Shown here piece after piece: positions 58,676 to 64,000 of a DNA stretch of 64,000 nucleotides. The translations under genes were made by a program, and so were the position numbers. Under the pieces are notes generated by a model. It worked only from the letters and a program-made list of their open reading frames with translations. It did no database searches and was not told the DNA's origin. The stretch is from Acidobacteriaceae bacterium (GTDB lineage Bacteria > Acidobacteriota > Terriglobia > Terriglobales > Acidobacteriaceae): positions 2,773 through 66,772 of the forward strand of contig PLFY01000046.1 in NCBI GenBank assembly GCA_003138365.1, given 5' to 3'. The number at the start of each line of letters is the position of its first letter. Position 1 is the first letter of the stretch.

Positions 58676-60958
58676 CTACTCACCCTTTTCCTCGTCTTCT
58701 TCATGTCCGTAGGCAATATCAGAGCCCTTGGGCGCATATCGATATCCATACCCGTAGTTGTAGCCGTACATGCCGTAGCGATATGTGTAGAAGTTTTCAA
58801 GTCGCATGTCGACATCGTTTACGACGACCCCGGCGATGGGTGCATTGATGCGCCAGAGCAGATCGCGGGCGCGGACCAACGCGCGTTTGCGAGTCATTCC
58901 GGCGCGAGCAACCAGGATGACCGTATCGGCAAGCGCCGCCATCGCCTGTGTGTCGCTTACGGCAAGCACCGGGGCAGTGTCGAGGACCACACGGTCGAAT
59001 TCCTGGGTCCACTGATGCAACTGCTCCTCCATTCGATTGGATGAAAGCATCTCGGCTGGATTGGGAGGCCTCGGGCCGGTCGGCAGCACCCGCAGCATTG
59101 GCAGTTCAGGCAGCGGACAGGCCAGCTCCCTGTAAACCGCCGGTTGCGTGAGCACGGTGGACAAGCCGAAATTCTTTTCCTCCAATTTGAACACGCGGTC
59201 AAGGCTTCCACGGCGAAGATCGGCGTCCACCAGCAGAACCCGCTCTCCGCGCTGAGCGAGAACGATTGCAAGGTTGACGGCGGTCGTCGTTTTGCCCTCG
59301 CCCGGGAAGGCGCTGGTTACGACAATCACGCGCGGCGGCCTGTCGATAGAAGACAGCAACAGAGAACTGCGCAGCCCACGGTAGGCTTCAGCGGCATGCG
59401 ATTTGGAGCTGTGCAGGGCAATGAGCTGCTGAGCGTGGGCGCCTTCGGGAAGGGGATCGTCGGTGGCTTTGCGCTTGCGCTTCCCCGCTTCGCCCAGGAT
59501 GTGGGGAATGGTCGCGAGCGATGCCAACGTCGACACGTTTTCCACCTCTTCCGACGTCTGCAGCGTGTCATCAATCGATTCGACCATGAAGGCGAGAACA
59601 ATGCCGCACAGGAGCCCGCCCGTCAGCCCCATCATCATGGCCAGGGTTTTCCTGGGTGCGACCGGTTCCAAAGGAACCTGGGCGCGGTCGACGACCGTGA
59701 TGTTCGTCGCTGACAGACCCGCCGTAACACTGGCTTCCTTCAGCCTCATCTGTAAGGTGTCGTATAGATCGCGGTTCAATTCGGCTTCGTGGCGGAGTAT
59801 TGCATATTGAGCCTCGTCCTCGTTCAGGCGGTAGGCGTCTTCCTTCTGCGCATCCAGCCGCTTCTGCAGCATCTCCTCCAGGCGAAGCGAGCCGGTGTAT
59901 TCATCGCGCACCTGACGCCGGGCAAGCGTAACTTCGCTGTTAATGCTGGTCTGGACTTTGTCAATCTGCGCATTGAGCTCCTGCATTCTCGGATGGTGTT
60001 CGCCATACTTTGAAGCGAGATCCGCGCGCTGCGTTTGCAGGCCGGTGAGTTGGCCTCGAAGACTAGACAGTTCGGGATTGTCGCCCATCAGTGCCACGAG
60101 ATCCGGATCCTGAGATTCAAACTCGCGCATCCGCGCTTCCTTCATAATCCGGTCTGCCTCGGCGGTCTCCAGGTCTCCGCTGATCTGTGCCAGGTTCTGC
60201 ATTGTAAGATTCGAGGTCTCGGTGGTTCCGACGATATTGTGCTGCTTCTGGTAGTCCGCGAGTTGGCGTTGCGCATCCCCCGCCGACTGTTTGAGACTCT
60301 CGAGTTGCTTCTGCAGCCAGACCGACACGCGCATCGTATTGTCGAATTTTGACCGCAGATCTTCATCGACGTAGGTATCCACGAGCTTGTTCACAACATC
60401 GGTCGCCAGTTTCGGATCGTTATTGCGGTAGCGAATGTCGACCATCTGCGTCGAGGGGACGATCTGAACTTGCAGTCCGCCCTTGATCAGGCCGATCAGG
60501 GCAATACGCTCCGCTGTCGTCATCTCGCCGGAAGGGATGGATTCCCCGGCCTTGCTCTCTTTCTGCTCGGCACTACGAACCAGTTTCAGCAGATCGAGAC
60601 TCTGGGCTGTCTGAAGCATCACCGAATTGCTCTGAAGAACAAGGATCTCCGTCTGCAAGGCGCTGGCGGATTCCGCGCCGGCGGCCTCTTCATTGATCAA
60701 ACTCTCCAGCCCGACGTTGGGCGAGTTGTTCGGTTTGACCTCAATGCGCGAAACACTCTCATAGACCGGCTGGGTGCGGAATGTATAGATGGCGGCTCCG
60801 GCCAGGGAAATAGCCGTCACGGCCAGGATGATGAAAATCCGCTTCATCAGGACGCGCCAAACGTCCATCAGTGAGAGCCGTTCTTCAGAGGGAATAATGG
60901 TCGCCCGGGCACGAGCTATCTGGCCGGCTTGCGACTCGGGCTGCGGTTCAAGGGACAT
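58676..60958 (-). CDS. Wzc/GumC-type chain-length regulator and BY-kinase
   Basis: Two transmembrane segments around a coiled coil; EAYRGLRS, GEGKT, VDADLRR and VLDTAP motifs; Tyr-rich tail YTYRYGMYGYNYGYGYRY. Confidence 0.94.
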   Translation of the reverse strand: MSLEPQPESQAGQIARARATIIPSEERLSLMDVWRVLMKRIFIILAVTAISLAGAAIYTFRTQPVYESVSRIEVKPNNSPNVGLESLINEEAAGAESASALQTEILVLQSNSVMLQTAQSLDLLKLVRSAEQKESKAGESIPSGEMTTAERIALIGLIKGGLQVQIVPSTQMVDIRYRNNDPKLATDVVNKLVDTYVDEDLRSKFDNTMRVSVWLQKQLESLKQSAGDAQRQLADYQKQHNIVGTTETSNLTMQNLAQISGDLETAEADRIMKEARMREFESQDPDLVALMGDNPELSSLRGQLTGLQTQRADLASKYGEHHPRMQELNAQIDKVQTSINSEVTLARRQVRDEYTGSLRLEEMLQKRLDAQKEDAYRLNEDEAQYAILRHEAELNRDLYDTLQMRLKEASVTAGLSATNITVVDRAQVPLEPVAPRKTLAMMMGLTGGLLCGIVLAFMVESIDDTLQTSEEVENVSTLASLATIPHILGEAGKRKRKATDDPLPEGAHAQQLIALHSSKSHAAEAYRGLRSSLLLSSIDRPPRVIVVTSAFPGEGKTTTAVNLAIVLAQRGERVLLVDADLRRGSLDRVFKLEEKNFGLSTVLTQPAVYRELACPLPELPMLRVLPTGPRPPNPAEMLSSNRMEEQLHQWTQEFDRVVLDTAPVLAVSDTQAMAALADTVILVARAGMTRKRALVRARDLLWRINAPIAGVVVNDVDMRLENFYTYRYGMYGYNYGYGYRYAPKGSDIAYGHEEDEEKGE

Positions 60959-62607
60959 TTACGCTCCTGAGTTTACTTGGAACCAGTTCATATTGCCATC
61001 ACTTCGCCAACCGCGCGAAATGCTTCATACCGAACGAAATTCATCCTTTGCAACGCGCCGGGACGAACGCGGAACAGTGCAATGTTAAGGAATGGGAAAG
61101 GACAGCGGAATTGGAGCAATGGCACGCGAGCTTCGCGCACAAAACCCCGATCGATTCGACCGATCGATGTTCCGGAGCACCTAAGCCGCATGACCGGGAG
61201 GATTGCGAAGAACACGACACAAACTGGCGCAGCCTCAACGAACAGTCCCCCATTGATGCAACTTCGCACTGTGGCTGCATGGTCTCATTGCCGGCCCAGG
61301 CTGCCAGACTGGCGCCCGACGGCCTATCTGTTGCGCCATCGTGACAGTTGCCGCCGGAAAGGTTCCCGGTTGGCACGAATTCCTTCTTGCAGACTCGCCC
61401 TCGCTGCCCACCAGCATTTGGATCAGCCTGATGTCCATGACCAATCGCAGCCTGGTTTCCGCCCATGAGATACCTAACAACGATTCGCCGTCAGCTTCCA
61501 GCACCTGCCGGTCAGTCAGGCCAGATCGAGAATGGTCAAACCTTACTCTGTAGCGATGTTAATCAGGGGCAACATCCCCAGTCAAGAGGGCGTCTTGCCG
61601 AACGCGCGAACGTCTGGCACTGGGAATTCTTGAAATTCCTCTTTTGGGCAACGTAAGGGCCTAAATGAACGTCTGCCCTGACACTGCGATTGAAAGGGTC
61701 AATCAGTGGTCGGAGGGACAAGGATGCTCGAAGAATAACCTGGGCGCCGTTCTTCCATCAGCGCCCCGCTCGAACCAGCGGACGATCATGCTCAATCCAG
61801 CACTGCCTGAATCGCTGTGCGGCACTCTGCGGATGGCGTAAAAACTGCAAAATCACTTTGGCGACGGCGATTCAGAGAGACTGGAAGATACCAAACACCA
61901 CGAAGGGACAACCGTCGCCTTGGCAATTCCGGACAAAGCTTCGCCCTCCTTACTTGGGTAAGGTTTTCCACGACGCAAATTGAGTGTACGCTTCCAGGCA
62001 TGCAATCGGACAGAAAACACGCACTGGAACTGCATTGCAGATACCCCACTCGAAAGCATGTGCTTTCACACATCGTGTCCGTACTAAGGTTCCGCGCCAA
62101 CAGGATTGAGCACTGTTTCGACTATATCAGTAATCACTGGGTAGTCAACTTCTAATTCAAAGGGGATAGGTCTGGTTTCCACGGGAAAGATAGTAAGAGT
62201 TTGACATATTCAGAAGCGAGCGCAATCCTGCGGTTGGCTTTTGGTTGCTGCTTGCAAACGATTGCGTTCAGAGTCTCTCGGGGGGCCGGCAATCATCGAT
62301 TCCCGCGCTCTGAATGAAGCTCGAACCGTTGGAAATCCATCGATGCGGGATTGAAGGATCTTGCTCATATAACTGTCCAGACTCAGTCCGCAGGCTAGAG
62401 TTTGGCTGGGTCACTCGCCCATCCGCTTACCTTCATGCAAGCGGATCATTGCATTGAGAGGGCAGCAAGGCCAGACCTGCAATTGCAGTCAAATCCCTGG
62501 CTGCCGGAGGGAGGCTTGATCGGTTGGAACGGCTCAGGCCGGGCAGGCTGGAATGGCGATCCGGAGCCGGGACGTAGGAAACACAAGAAATGAGTGTCGT
62601 CGTCTCT

Positions 62608-63840
62608 CTATTCTGGCTGAGTCCCAAGCTCGCTGGGAGAGAATTGCCGATTGATGACCACTGCCGCGCGCTTCATGGCATAACGCTTGATAAAACTGGC
62701 CCGTGCACGGGTGGCCATGGCGGCGCGTTCTGCCGGGGGCAGGTTAAACCAGCGGCGCAGGAGGCGCTCGGTGCCTTCAAGCGTGTCTTCCTCGACCAGG
62801 CCCACCCCGTCGGCCTCGATATCCGGCCAGATGTTCACTTGATTGCTAATGAGCACCGGGCGTCCGACGGCAAGGGATTCGATCACGGCGACGCCGAAGT
62901 TCTCCTGGTGAGACGGCAGGACGAAGGCGTCGGAGGCTCGGAGCGCGCCCCATTTGATGTCGCCGCCAATCATGCCGGGCCAGTGCACGCGGCTGGCAAT
63001 ACCAAGCTTTTCGGCCATGCGCTGAAGCCTGAGCTTGAGTCCCGCCTGGTCGGGGCCGGCTATGACGAGGTCCGCTTCCGGATGCGAAGCCGCGGTCCTG
63101 GCAAATGCCCGGAGGAGGAGATCGCAGCCCTTCTTCTCGTGGATTCGACCGAGGAACAGGAGATAGGGACGCCCGCGAAGCTCCGGCAGCATGCTGTAGA
63201 ACGCCGCGATCTGCTCAGCGGGATCTCCCCTGTGCAGCTTTCTGCGCTCCACCCCATCTGCCCTGGACACCTCAGGTTTTTTCCTGCGCTCCTCAGGATC
63301 GTTGATCCCAATGGGAACGACCACGCTGTTCCAACGGTTCGGACGGAAGCTGGTTTTCGCCAGATCCCGCTCCGTTCCGCTGGTAAAGAAGACCGCCCGA
63401 GCATCGCGGAGGACGGCATATTGGAAAGGCCAGTAAAGAATCTTCTTGAGGTGCTTGAGAGGATAGGTCCGGTTAAACCAGGGATCCAGCGCACCGTGCG
63501 CAAATATCCCATAGGGTTTTTGAGCGCGGCGCGCAGCGGAACGAACGGCAAGATCGGGGAATGTCCAAATCCCGTTCATGACGATTCCGTCGAAGCGATG
63601 CGCATTGCGGTGAAGCCAGGTCCAGAGCCGCGGCGAGAATCCAAACCTGCCCAAATAAGACGGCCCGAGAGCATGCACCGGGCAAGCAATGGATGTGAGG
63701 AAGGTCTCATCTGGATTGTCCCCGCAAACCACCTCGATACCCTCACCGACTTCGATATAGGCTTCGACAAGCTGGCGCACCGCTTCAGGCGGGCCGCCGG
63801 CCGCGGGAGAGAGACTACCGATGACGTGAAGTATATGCAG
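62608..63840 (-). CDS. GT4 glycosyltransferase; possible CTG start
   Basis: HILHVIGSLSP..GGP, FLGRIHEKKG and LPSHQENFG motifs; in-frame TAG just upstream of the CTG at 63840. Confidence 0.9.
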   Translation of the reverse strand: MHILHVIGSLSPAAGGPPEAVRQLVEAYIEVGEGIEVVCGDNPDETFLTSIACPVHALGPSYLGRFGFSPRLWTWLHRNAHRFDGIVMNGIWTFPDLAVRSAARRAQKPYGIFAHGALDPWFNRTYPLKHLKKILYWPFQYAVLRDARAVFFTSGTERDLAKTSFRPNRWNSVVVPIGINDPEERRKKPEVSRADGVERRKLHRGDPAEQIAAFYSMLPELRGRPYLLFLGRIHEKKGCDLLLRAFARTAASHPEADLVIAGPDQAGLKLRLQRMAEKLGIASRVHWPGMIGGDIKWGALRASDAFVLPSHQENFGVAVIESLAVGRPVLISNQVNIWPDIEADGVGLVEEDTLEGTERLLRRWFNLPPAERAAMATRARASFIKRYAMKRAAVVINRQFSPSELGTQPE

Positions 63841-64000
63841 AAGAGACCGCTATGCCTTCGTGGATTTGAGACGAACAGGTTCATGGTAAATCAAGAACCC
63901 GGTCGACTGTGGAATTTGAGCCTGTTCCCAACACCTGCCCGCGGGAGGCGGCAACTGCGCCTCATGGGGCTGACTGGAAACGGCCGGCTTGGGTGTTTGG

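Noticed and set aside
61792-62100. Cys-rich 102-aa ORF as a metal-binding protein
   Set aside because: No recognisable motif or ribosome-binding site, and overlapping ORFs of similar length occur on both strands.
1-64000. tRNA/rRNA genes, integrase or transposase
   Set aside because: No T-loop (GTTCGAATC-like) cloverleaf, rRNA signature or recombinase/transposase motif was seen by eye; a tRNAscan/Infernal run would be needed to be certain.

Overview
GC-rich bacterial chromosomal window; gene content and repeat style suggest Acidobacteriota, which is an inference. The left half (1-33 kb) is mostly housekeeping and envelope genes: lpxD, a lipid A acyltransferase, a SYLF protein, a LuxR-type regulator, dcd, HU/IHF, a site-2 protease, a Bro-N protein, an orphan HigA, priA, an M3 peptidase, a ROK kinase, a TonB-C/thioredoxin fusion, glutamate decarboxylase, UDG, coaBC, tdk, rpoZ, gmk, yicC, an MsbA-like ABC transporter and the ADP-heptose genes. 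The right half (33-64 kb) is a large Wzx/Wzy-type capsule/EPS cluster. Three non-obvious features stand out. (1) At 3.44-4.29 kb there is a tandem array of four ~220-250 bp units. Each looks like an independent minus-strand small-RNA gene with two conserved hairpins and a U-tract terminator, and the upstream promoter/palindrome is intact in units 1-2. (2) A three-gene glycosylation cassette (20.4-24.1 kb) is bracketed by a decayed direct duplicate of the coaBC 5' end, which looks like an integration scar; its methyltransferase is frameshifted at a homopolymer run. (3) A palindromic REP-like element sits in frame inside the uracil-DNA glycosylase gene. Product calls come from recognisable motifs only; no database search was run.
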